This document shows positions 1-7,750 of a stretch of DNA of 24,000 bases, one piece after another. The notes beneath the pieces were generated by a model that ran no database searches, was not told the DNA's origin, and saw only the letters and a program-made list of their open reading frames with translations. Origin of the DNA: Dehalococcoidia bacterium (lineage in GTDB: Bacteria > Chloroflexota > Dehalococcoidia > Lucifugimonadales > CAZENU01); NCBI GenBank assembly GCA_965117035.1, contig OZ220748.1, forward strand, positions 390,339-414,338, in the 5' to 3' direction. Position numbers and translations under genes: made by a program. The stretch's first letter is position 1; each line of letters opens with the position of its first letter.

Positions 1-82
1 ATAGCTGCCCTGGTAGAAGAACAGGAACGCGCCCGCAAACGTAGCGGCGGCGGACAGCGGGATCAGCGCCAGCAGCGCGAGC

Positions 83-1138
83 CTAGGAGCCACGGCCCAC
101 GTACAGGTAGTAGATGTTCGGGCGGTTGATGTCCAACGGCAGGTCCGGGAGGGGGTCTTCCTCGTCCGCCGCGATGCCTGCGGGAGCCATCAGGTCCCTC
201 AGGGTCTGCAGCCGCGACATCGTGCTGGCGGCCTCCGCTTCGGCGAGAGCGGCTCCCAGGTCGCCGGGTTCGGTCCCGATGCGGGTCAGGGCACTGGCGA
301 GAGCGGCGTTGGTCCCGTCATCGTCCGGGGGAAAGATATCGTTCAGCTCCCCGACGAGCTCCCTGAGCACCTCGAGGTTGACGTCTACGAAGCCGTAGTT
401 GGAGATTCCCGCCAGCTCGGCCGCCTTGCGGACGGCATCGCTGTCGCTGCCGATCTCGTCCGCGAGGCCCAGTCTGACGGCGGCCATGCCCGGATAGATG
501 CGCGCCTCGCTGAGCTCTTCCCGGGACATGCGCAGCCTGTCCCCGCGTTCGCTGACCACCAACTGCACGAAGGCCTCGGCCAGCAGGTCCACCATTCCGA
601 TCCAGTCCCTCCTGGGCGCCCCGTCCAGCTTGTGGAGACTGCTGAACACGGTGGTCTCATCGGGCAGCTCGGGGAGCAGCGGTCCCGCGAAGGAGACCAC
701 CCCCACGTTGCCGATGAGAGAGGAGGTCTGGGTGTAGGTGTACGAGGCGCCCATCGACATCATGTACCCGCCGCTGGCGACGAGGTCGCTCATGACGATG
801 ACGACGGGCTTTTCCTCACGCAGCCTGCGGGTCTCGGCGTAGAGGCGTTCGCTGGCGGAGGCGCCGCCGCCGGGGCTCGTCAGCTTGATGACCACGGCCC
901 TGATCGAGTCGTCCCGTCGGGCGTAGTCGAGATACTCGCCGATCACGAGGGCGGAGTCCTCGGAGATGACGGTGTACGGCACGCTTATGACGCCGACGTT
1001 GGGTCTTCCCGGAGACAGGTTGAAGAAGGCCAGCGCGCCCGCGGCGGCGCCGATGCCGACGAATACCGGGGCGAGGAAGTACCAGCCGGTCAGGAATCTT
1101 CCCAAAGCAGCAAGAATGCGTATGGCGCACCTCGACAA
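83..1138 (-). CDS. sppA: Signal peptide peptidase SppA, 36K type (peptidase family S49)
   Basis: 351-codon ORF. It has an N-terminal hydrophobic anchor (FLAPVFVGIGAAAGALAFF) followed by an S49/ClpP-fold core with KLTSPGGGASASE and DLVASGGYMMSMGA motifs. The start codon read on the minus strand is TTG at 1138. Confidence 0.85.
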   Translation of the reverse strand: MSRCAIRILAALGRFLTGWYFLAPVFVGIGAAAGALAFFNLSPGRPNVGVISVPYTVISEDSALVIGEYLDYARRDDSIRAVVIKLTSPGGGASASERLYAETRRLREEKPVVIVMSDLVASGGYMMSMGASYTYTQTSSLIGNVGVVSFAGPLLPELPDETTVFSSLHKLDGAPRRDWIGMVDLLAEAFVQLVVSERGDRLRMSREELSEARIYPGMAAVRLGLADEIGSDSDAVRKAAELAGISNYGFVDVNLEVLRELVGELNDIFPPDDDGTNAALASALTRIGTEPGDLGAALAEAEAASTMSRLQTLRDLMAPAGIAADEEDPLPDLPLDINRPNIYYLYVGRGS

Positions 1139-1460
1139 TCGTGGCCGTATGTTGGTGGCTCCGGAAAGGCCCTGAACCGCGCTCCTACGGGGTTTGCGGG
1201 TCCAGGAAGTCGCATCGGCATACGGGCTTCTCGGGGCATCTGATTGACAATGTAAGGCAGGACGGTCGCGTATTTCAAGTGGACGAAGACCAGAGGACAG
1301 CCTCGACCGGACCGGCCTGCGCCGCGCGGTGGCGACGGCCTGGGGGCGCGTCCTCCACGATGGTATCCTGTCTCTCGCCGTATTCCTCTCGCGGACGGCA
1401 ATTCGCTCGGCGAAGTGGGGTCATGTCAGCGTATCGGACTCATATGCACGGAGGGTCTTT

Positions 1461-3248
1461 GTGAACGTGCCTGCGGCCTTTCGCGAGCCCGCCGTCAGGA
1501 TCGAGGCGCGGCAGTACGGCGGCCTCCTGCGGCGCTACCTGGGGCCGCAGCTTCCGTTCGTCGTCGTCCTGGGCGTGCTGCTGTTCCTCAGCCTGGGGCT
1601 GCAGCTCGCGCTGCCCCAGATCATCCGGTACTTCATCGACGAGGCGCAGGCGGGCGCGGCGACGGAGTCTCTCGTGGCCGCGGCCGTCGCCTTCATGGTG
1701 ATCGCGGTGATCCAGCAGGTGGTGCAGGTCTTCGCGACCTACTTCTCGGAGCGGGTGGCGTGGACCGCCACGAACAACATCCGCGAAGACCTGGCCGGGC
1801 ACGCTCTGTCGCTGGACATGTCGTACCACAACGAGCGCACGCCCGGGGAGATGATCGAGCGGGTCGACGGCGACCCGAACGAGCTGGGCACCTTCTTCTC
1901 GCTTTTCATCTTCGAGATGCTCGGAAGCATGCTGCTGCTGGTCGGCATCCTGGTGCTGCTGATGCGCGAGGACTGGAGGGCCGGCCTCTCGCTGACCGGC
2001 TTCGTCGTCGCGGGCATGTTCGTGCTCACGAGCATCCGCAACATCGCGGTGCCGTACTGGAAAGCCAACCGCGAGGCGAGCGCCGACTCCTTCGGCTTCC
2101 TGGAGGAGCGGCTGGCCGGGACCGAGGATATCCGCTCGAACGACGCCAAGCCGTACGTGATGCGCCGCTTCCACGAGCTGATGCGGGGCTGGTACCACAA
2201 GGCGCTAAAGGCCGGGCTCATGAGCAGCATCATGTTCAGCACGACGATGTTCATGTTCGGCGCGGGAAGCGCGATCTCGCTGTCTCTCGGCGCGTACCTG
2301 TACTTCGGCGGCTGGATCAGCCTGGGCGCCGTCTACCTGATCTTCCACTACACGCAGATGCTGGTGATGCCGATCAACCGGTTCACGCAGCAGCTCGACA
2401 GCTTCCAGCGCGCCAGCGCCGCGATATCGCGCATCCGCGAGCTCGACGCGGTCCGAAAGACGGTGCTCGACCCTCCGGCGGACGAGCGGGTCGAGCTGCC
2501 CGACTCAGGGCCTCTGGCGGTACAGTTCGACGGCGTTACGTTCGCCTACGGTGAGGAGCCGGTGCTGTCCGGCGTCTCTCTCGACCTGGCTCCTGGGCGC
2601 GTGCTCGGCCTGCTGGGCCGCACCGGCAGCGGCAAGACGACGATGACGCGCTTGCTGTTCCGGCTGTACGACCCGACGTCGGGCGTCGTCCGCGTCGGCG
2701 GCGAGGATATTTCCCGGCTGCCGGTGACGGAGCTGCGGCGGCACATCTCGATGGTGACGCAGGACGTGCGCCTGTTCCACGGCACCGTGCGCGACAACCT
2801 GACCTTCTTCGACGAGTCTATAGACGATGGGCGGCTGCTCGAGGTGATCGACGAGCTGCGGATGCGGCCGTGGCTGGACTCGCTGCCCGACGGTCTCGAC
2901 ACGCGGCTGCTGTCCGAGGGCGCCGGCCTGTCCGCGGGCGAGGCGCAGCTGCTGGCGTTCGCGCGGGTATTCCTGAAAGGCTCCGGCGTGCTGATCCTGG
3001 ACGAAGCGTCGTCGCGGCTGGACCGGAGCACGGAGCAGATGATCGAGCGTGCGGTCGACCGGCTGGTGCGCGACCGGACGGTGATTGTCATCGCGCACCA
3101 TCTCGCCACGATCCGGCGCTGCGACGAGGTCCTGATCCTGGAGCAGGGCAGCGTGGTCGAGTACGGGGAGCGCGAGCGGCTGGAGGCCGACGACTCGACC
3201 CGGTTCCACCAGCTTCTGCAGACCGGGCTGGAGGAGGTGCTCAGGTGA
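1461..3248 (+). CDS. ABC exporter subunit 1, fused permease plus ATPase (MdlB/MsbA-like type I exporter half-transporter)
   Basis: Six-helix TMD followed by an NBD: Walker [11 protein letters not shown]-loop MVTQD, signature LSAGE (deviant), Walker [11 protein letters not shown]-loop IAHH. I place the start at the in-frame GTG 1461, preceded by GGAGGG at 1451-1456. The ORF-track start at 1329 adds a non-transporter-like leader. Confidence 0.9.
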   Translation: MNVPAAFREPAVRIEARQYGGLLRRYLGPQLPFVVVLGVLLFLSLGLQLALPQIIRYFIDEAQAGAATESLVAAAVAFMVIAVIQQVVQVFATYFSERVAWTATNNIREDLAGHALSLDMSYHNERTPGEMIERVDGDPNELGTFFSLFIFEMLGSMLLLVGILVLLMREDWRAGLSLTGFVVAGMFVLTSIRNIAVPYWKANREASADSFGFLEERLAGTEDIRSNDAKPYVMRRFHELMRGWYHKALKAGLMSSIMFSTTMFMFGAGSAISLSLGAYLYFGGWISLGAVYLIFHYTQMLVMPINRFTQQLDSFQRASAAISRIRELDAVRKTVLDPPADERVELPDSGPLAVQFDGVTFAYGEEPVLSGVSLDLAPGRVLGLLGRTGSGKTTMTRLLFRLYDPTSGVVRVGGEDISRLPVTELRRHISMVTQDVRLFHGTVRDNLTFFDESIDDGRLLEVIDELRMRPWLDSLPDGLDTRLLSEGAGLSAGEAQLLAFARVFLKGSGVLILDEASSRLDRSTEQMIERAVDRLVRDRTVIVIAHHLATIRRCDEVLILEQGSVVEYGERERLEADDSTRFHQLLQTGLEEVLR

Positions 3249-5023
3249 CGACCTGGCAGTACCTCGTAGGCCTGGCCCGGTACCAGCCGCGCTACTTCGG
3301 GATGCTGGCCGCCCGCACGATCAGCATCGCGCTCATACCGCAGGGCGTCGCCCTGACGACCAAGGCCATATTCGACAACATGACGAACGAGCAGGCCGCG
3401 ACGGTCGGCTTCTGGAGTCTCGCGGCGATCCTCGTGGGCCTCGCCGTCGGCCGGTCGCTGATCATATTCGGCAACGTAGTGCTGAGCGTGCGGGTGGAGT
3501 TCACCTTCGCGACGCTGCTGCGCAAGAACGTGTTCGACCACGTGCTCGACCAGCCGGGCAACCGCGCGCTGCCGGAGTCGACCGGCGAGGCGGTGACGCG
3601 GTTCCGGGAGGACGTCGACTACATCACCCGCTACCTGCAGCGGTTCGGGTTCGCGCTCCCGCTCGTGGTGTTCGCCGTGGTGGCGCTGTACGTCATGGTC
3701 CAGATCAGCCCGCTGATCACCTTCGCCGTCTTCCTGCCGCTGGCGCTGATCATGCTCACGGTGAGCGCGGCTACCCGGTGGCTGCGCCGTTTCCGCATCG
3801 ACAACAGGGAGTCGACCGGCGACGTGACGAGCCTGCTGGGCGAGATGTTCGGCTCGGTGGAGGCGATCAAGGTCGCGAACGCCGAGCACCGGATGCTGGG
3901 CGAGCTGAAGCGACTGAACAGCCGCCGCAAGACGTACACGATCCGCGATACGCTGCTGACGCAGGCGCTCAACTCGGTCTTCCAGAACACTGTGACGATC
4001 GGCACGGGCCTGATACTGCTGATCGCGGCGTCGGAGATGCGCAGCGGCTCGTTCTCGATCGGCGACTTCGCGCTGTTCGTGAGCTACCTGTACACGGTCG
4101 GCTGGCTGAACACGGAGGTCGGCGGCGTGCTGGCCGAGTACCGCCAGACCGGGGTATCGTTCGACCGGCTCAGGCGGCTGATGCCGAGCGCGCCGCCCGG
4201 CAATCTCGTGCGCCACCGGGAAGCCCATCTCGCCGGACCGCTGCCCGAAGTGCCGTACGCGGCCCGGACCGAGGCCGACCGCCTCGACGTCGTGGATGTC
4301 GACGGCCTCGGCTACCGCTATGGGGGCAACGGCCGGGGTATCGAGGACATCCGGCTGCGTGTGCCGCGCGGCTCGTTCACGGTCGTGACGGGGCGCATAG
4401 GCTCGGGCAAGACGACGCTGCTGCGGGTGCTGCTGGGACTGCTGCCGAGAGACGCGGGCGTGGTGAGGTGGAACGGCGAGCCGGTGGAAGACCTGGCCGC
4501 ATTCTTCGTGCCGCCGCGCTCGGCGTACACGTCCCAGGTTCCGCGGCTGTTCAGCGAGCCGCTGAGAGACAACATTCTCATGGGCCTGCCGGAGCAGCGG
4601 TCCGACCTCGACGGCGCCGTCCGGGCGGCTGTCATGGAAGACGACGTCGATGAGCTGGAGGACGGGCTGGACACGGTGGTTGGCGCGCGCGGCGTGAAGC
4701 TGTCGGGCGGCCAGCTACGGCGCTCGGCCGCGGCCAGGATGTTCGTCCGCGAGCCCGAGCTGCTGGTCTTCGACGACCTGTCGTCGGGGCTGGACGTGGA
4801 CACGGAGCGGGAGCTCTGGGCGCGCCTCTTCGCGCGGCCGGACGCCACGGCGCTGGTCGTGTCTCACCGGCGCGCCGCGCTCCGCCGCGCCGACCACGTC
4901 GTCGTCCTCAAGGACGGCCGCGTCGACGCGGAGGGCACGCTGGACGAGCTGCTGGTCAGCTCCGATGAGATGCGCCGCCTCTGGGCCGGCGACATCGGCG
5001 AGCCCGGCGAACCGGGCGGGTGA
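3245..5023 (+). CDS. ABC exporter subunit 2, fused permease plus ATPase, partner of the upstream subunit
   Basis: GTG at 3245 overlaps the upstream stop (GTGA, 4-nt overlap), suggesting translational coupling. NBD motifs: Walker [10 protein letters not shown], canonical signature LSGGQ, Walker [10 protein letters not shown] (Asp where the catalytic Glu is expected), H-loop VVSHRR. The ORF-track N-terminal extension from 2870 lies inside the previous gene in another frame and is Arg/Ala-rich junk. Confidence 0.9.
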   Translation: MTTWQYLVGLARYQPRYFGMLAARTISIALIPQGVALTTKAIFDNMTNEQAATVGFWSLAAILVGLAVGRSLIIFGNVVLSVRVEFTFATLLRKNVFDHVLDQPGNRALPESTGEAVTRFREDVDYITRYLQRFGFALPLVVFAVVALYVMVQISPLITFAVFLPLALIMLTVSAATRWLRRFRIDNRESTGDVTSLLGEMFGSVEAIKVANAEHRMLGELKRLNSRRKTYTIRDTLLTQALNSVFQNTVTIGTGLILLIAASEMRSGSFSIGDFALFVSYLYTVGWLNTEVGGVLAEYRQTGVSFDRLRRLMPSAPPGNLVRHREAHLAGPLPEVPYAARTEADRLDVVDVDGLGYRYGGNGRGIEDIRLRVPRGSFTVVTGRIGSGKTTLLRVLLGLLPRDAGVVRWNGEPVEDLAAFFVPPRSAYTSQVPRLFSEPLRDNILMGLPEQRSDLDGAVRAAVMEDDVDELEDGLDTVVGARGVKLSGGQLRRSAAARMFVREPELLVFDDLSSGLDVDTERELWARLFARPDATALVVSHRRAALRRADHVVVLKDGRVDAEGTLDELLVSSDEMRRLWAGDIGEPGEPGG

Positions 5024-5103
5024 AGGCGCGCCCAGCACTCGGCACCGAATTCCTTAGTGCTCCGGCCCGTTCGACCCACGACCTTATCCGATAGAGATAC
5101 ATT

Positions 5104-6405
5104 ATGACTGAAGACAGGATTGCGGAGTACAAGACCAGGTACTCGATGGACGACACGCTCAGGCTACTCGATGCCGTGCCGTTGAAGCCCGACTTGTCGC
5201 GAGATCACATGCTGGTGGGAATAACCAATCGGGCGGCGATAGCACACCTCGCCATAGAGCGGGGACTCAAGCACTTGGTAGAGAGAGCCGGCGGAGCTTT
5301 CAAGCACGAACACGGGCTCGGCCAGTTCTACAGGCAACTCTCAAGATTGGACCAAGCGACCGCCGATCAACTAGCAGACGCGTTCGACGACGCCGTGCAG
5401 TTCTTCGGGTACAACCCGAACTCCAAGGGTTTCTGTCATCTCCGTTCGCTCGGGGATTATCTCTCGCAGACAGGGAGTAAGGATGCGTTTCAGCGGCTGC
5501 GCTATTGGGCAATAGGCGAATCTGAACCGACGCAGCCTCCCTACCTAGTCCTGCACCGTGAGCTGCTGTATTACCTCACGCGGTTACTCTGGACGGCACC
5601 GGAGACCGTTACTGCAAGGGTAGAGCGCCTTATCTTCGATGCACTGTACAAGGACCGGCAAATTTCCTGGGTTGAGGGAGACACAGAAACGGAAGCCTCC
5701 GTACGCCTGTACAGAGATTGGCTCCGCAGCCACGACTCAGGACGGCATGCTATACGGGACATCAAGCAATCAGCGTTCGAGGTCGGGGACGAGTTTGCCA
5801 ATCGAATAGTGCGAGAAGCGTACGACGAGCTGTCCGTATCTGACGACGACGCAGTGCGGTATTTCTTGCTGACGCTCGAATATCTACCCAAGGGTTCTCA
5901 GCCACGGCCTGCAGATGCAGCTCCTGTCGTTCAATTCAACGCCAATGAGACTCGAGGTTTCTTCGCAACGCCCAGCGGAAGCGATTTGGGTTGGCTCGAA
6001 AAACGCCACGATAACTCATGGCTCGTTCAGCCCTGGATCCACTCGGATAGTGCTCCACCTGCCATCGTCCAATCTCTCGCGGATGCCAAGAACTACGTCG
6101 TCAACAGTGTGACCCGCATGCTCCGGGTCCATGTCGACGACGAACCCAGGGACCTACGCATCGTTAGCCGATTCGACTTTCTCATCTCACGATCCGCCGC
6201 CGATTGGGATAGTGTTCTCGCAGGCAAGAGCCAGGACTATGAGCTTGAGTTCTGGGACGACGCGCATGGTCTCGTAGTCGGCGATGAAGTGAAGGCCAGA
6301 ATGGAATCAAACACGCATTCGGCCATTGAAGGTCTAGTCGTAGAAGTTGAGGGTTGCAGGGTCGTGGTAGAGGGAACTGAGATTCCATCCTCCCGGGTCC
6401 CATAG
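5104..6405 (+). CDS. Hypothetical protein, 433 aa, compositional outlier; N-terminal helical region with a HEPN-like helix pattern (unverified)
   Basis: Single long ORF with no competing ORF and balanced, non-GC-artefact amino-acid composition. Hand-counted lines give about 50-55% G+C versus about 70-78% in the flanking genes. The upstream 60 nt are AT-rich and there is only a weak RBS (agagatacattATG). I recognise no family. The segment AIERGLKHLVERAGGAFKHEHGL loosely resembles the conserved helix of classical HEPN domains. Confidence 0.75.
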   Translation: MTEDRIAEYKTRYSMDDTLRLLDAVPLKPDLSRDHMLVGITNRAAIAHLAIERGLKHLVERAGGAFKHEHGLGQFYRQLSRLDQATADQLADAFDDAVQFFGYNPNSKGFCHLRSLGDYLSQTGSKDAFQRLRYWAIGESEPTQPPYLVLHRELLYYLTRLLWTAPETVTARVERLIFDALYKDRQISWVEGDTETEASVRLYRDWLRSHDSGRHAIRDIKQSAFEVGDEFANRIVREAYDELSVSDDDAVRYFLLTLEYLPKGSQPRPADAAPVVQFNANETRGFFATPSGSDLGWLEKRHDNSWLVQPWIHSDSAPPAIVQSLADAKNYVVNSVTRMLRVHVDDEPRDLRIVSRFDFLISRSAADWDSVLAGKSQDYELEFWDDAHGLVVGDEVKARMESNTHSAIEGLVVEVEGCRVVVEGTEIPSSRVP

Positions 6406-6420
6406 TGGGCCAAGTCGTAC

Positions 6421-7236
6421 TCAGACCGGGCCGATGTCGGCGACGTTCAGCACTTCGGTGACGTGGTCGATGGTGTGGTCCGGGGGGAGCAGGTCGGGCG
6501 GGCATTTGCGGCCGCGCCGGATCCAGGCGGCCTCCATTCCGAACCGCTTCGCGCCGTCTATGTCGGCGACGGGGTTGTCGCCGACGAACATGACGTCATT
6601 GGGCTCCGTCAGGCCGGTGGCCCCGAGGGCGTCGCGGAAGATGCGCGGGTCCGGCTTCCTGTAGCCGGCCTCCTCGGAGACGATGATGAAGGGGGCGAGC
6701 GTGTCGAGGCCCGCCGCCCGGCACTTGGCGTGCTGGTTCGGCGAGCCGTTCGTGACGATGCCCCAGGGCACGCCGCGCTCGTTCAGCCCGGCGAGCATGG
6801 CGTTGACCTCCACGTCCGGCGCCACCTGCCGCTCCATCGCGGCACGGTACCACGCCGTCAGCGGCTCCTTGTCGAGGCCGGCCTCGGGCCACTCTTCGAG
6901 CCAGCGCGCGAGCATCGCCTCGCGGTCCGAGTAGCCGTCGTCGTCCCAGCGGACCATCATGGCGACGGCATCCTCTCGCGTCAGGGACATTTGCGTAACT
7001 CCAGGGCATGCGGCCGATTCCTCGGATGTGCGTCTGTTTCGTAGCTGGGAAGCCCCTCCCCTGGGTTCCCGCCTGCGCGGGAATGACGGTTGTGCAAGGG
7101 TCTCCGTCACGCGTGTCGCGGCGCTGAGATGCTCATCGTAGAAGCTCTCCGCGACGCCGAGGAAGGCGGCGAACCTGTCGAGCAGGGTGTTGTCCAGGTC
7201 GAACAGCAGGCCGCGTACGGTAGTGCGCAACGTCAA
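6421..7236 (-). CDS. HAD-superfamily hydrolase (subfamily IA-like), carrying an in-frame repeat-element insertion in the cap region
   Basis: Motif I is FDLDNTLLD at the N-terminus; motif II is IVTNG; a Lys follows in YRKPDP; motif IV is FVGDNPVADIDGA. Residues 44-82 (TETLAQPSFPRRREPRGG...GVTQ) are encoded by the MITE-like repeat. The start is TTG at 7236, or TTG at 7230, which has better spacing from GGAGA. Confidence 0.75.
   Translation of the reverse strand: MTLRTTVRGLLFDLDNTLLDRFAAFLGVAESFYDEHLSAATRVTETLAQPSFPRRREPRGGASQLRNRRTSEESAACPGVTQMSLTREDAVAMMVRWDDDGYSDREAMLARWLEEWPEAGLDKEPLTAWYRAAMERQVAPDVEVNAMLAGLNERGVPWGIVTNGSPNQHAKCRAAGLDTLAPFIIVSEEAGYRKPDPRIFRDALGATGLTEPNDVMFVGDNPVADIDGAKRFGMEAAWIRRGRKCPPDLLPPDHTIDHVTEVLNVADIGPV
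6990..7107. repeat. MITE/REP-like element copy A (about 100 nt: TTTGCGTAACTCCA ... CCCTGGGTTCCCGCCTGCGCGGGAATGACGGT), inserted inside the HAD gene
   Basis: The ends and core match the copy at 11660-11753 (opposite orientation) and the core at 11891-11923. The core has a 7-bp palindrome TTCCCGC/GCGGGAA. The translation gives the SFPRRREPRG-type peptide typical of such repeats read through in frame. Confidence 0.8.
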
Positions 7237-7348
7237 TCTCCGGTCGGGATGGGCAACTGTTCACGTTCGAGGGGACCGCGCGTGCGCCCTTCGATACGGC
7301 CCGCCCGGAGCGGCGGACCTGCTCAGGGTGAACGAGCTGTCTGTCCTG

Positions 7349-7582
7349 TCAAGTCTGAACAGTTACCGGGATAGGTCGGGGATAGTATCGCATGGGTGGA
7401 GGCCACCGGATCAAGACACGAGGGGCCTGCGTCCGATCCACGCGGAAGGAGGCGATTTGCGGGTCGAGCCGGTCTATGCGCGCCAGGAAGGTCTCCATGA
7501 GCTCGACCGGCGACACCTGCTTCGACGCAATCAGTTTCAGCAACTTCGTCGCCGGCTGGTATGCCAGTCGTTCGTCCGCCAT
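7349..7582 (-). pseudogene. Amidase-signature family (GatA-like amidase) 5' fragment; gene remnant
   Basis: ATG at 7582 is preceded by GGGGAGG. The first 50 or so residues (MADERLAYQPATKLLKLIASKQVSPVELMETFLARIDRLDPQIASFRVD) match the characteristic amidase N-terminus. The frame then degenerates (RTQAPRVLIRWPPPMRYYPRP) and stops after 77 aa. Full amidases are about 450-500 aa, and no downstream amidase sequence appears in any frame. Confidence 0.55.
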
Positions 7583-7750
7583 ATGTCCGCCTCCCCGGTG
7601 GCTTCGGCGCGGCGCGCCGAGCACGGCCCAATTGTAGAGCCATCCGCCGCGGGAGGGACAGGCGGTCGGCGAAGCCCTTGTCGGGTCCCAATTGCAGCTT
7701 GTCGGAAAAACTGTCACGATACCGCGCCGGAAGGAGGAGGGCAGAGAGCG

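Noticed and set aside
1-93. Possible 5' end of a minus-strand membrane-protein gene (GTG at 93, VAPRLALLALIPLSAAATFAGAFLFFYQGSY...) running off the window
   Set aside because: Only 31 codons are visible, with no RBS and no motif. It is plausible but cannot be supported.
1244-1276. TTGACA at 1244-1249 in the sppA/ABC divergent region, as a possible promoter
   Set aside because: No acceptable -10 hexamer lies at 16-19 nt spacing on that strand.
1329-1460. Longer N-terminal extensions offered by the ORF track (1329, 2870, 7187, 11481, 14906, 20917, 22562)
   Set aside because: In each case an internal start with a good Shine-Dalgarno sequence coincides with the beginning of family-level similarity. 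The extension is low-complexity or overlaps a neighbouring gene.
2546-4228. 560-aa antisense ORF across the ABC exporter genes (also 2505-3209, 1440-2198, 3778-4653, 4318-4848)
   Set aside because: Arg/His/Glu/Pro-rich low-complexity translation with no motifs. It lies opposite, or off-frame to, two genes that have complete Walker A/B, signature and H-loop motifs.
5024-5103. AGCACT...AGTGCT inverted repeat after the ABC operon, as a possible terminator or island boundary
   Set aside because: The stem is only 6 bp with a 16-nt loop and no U-tract. No matching direct repeat was found on the other side of the low-GC gene.
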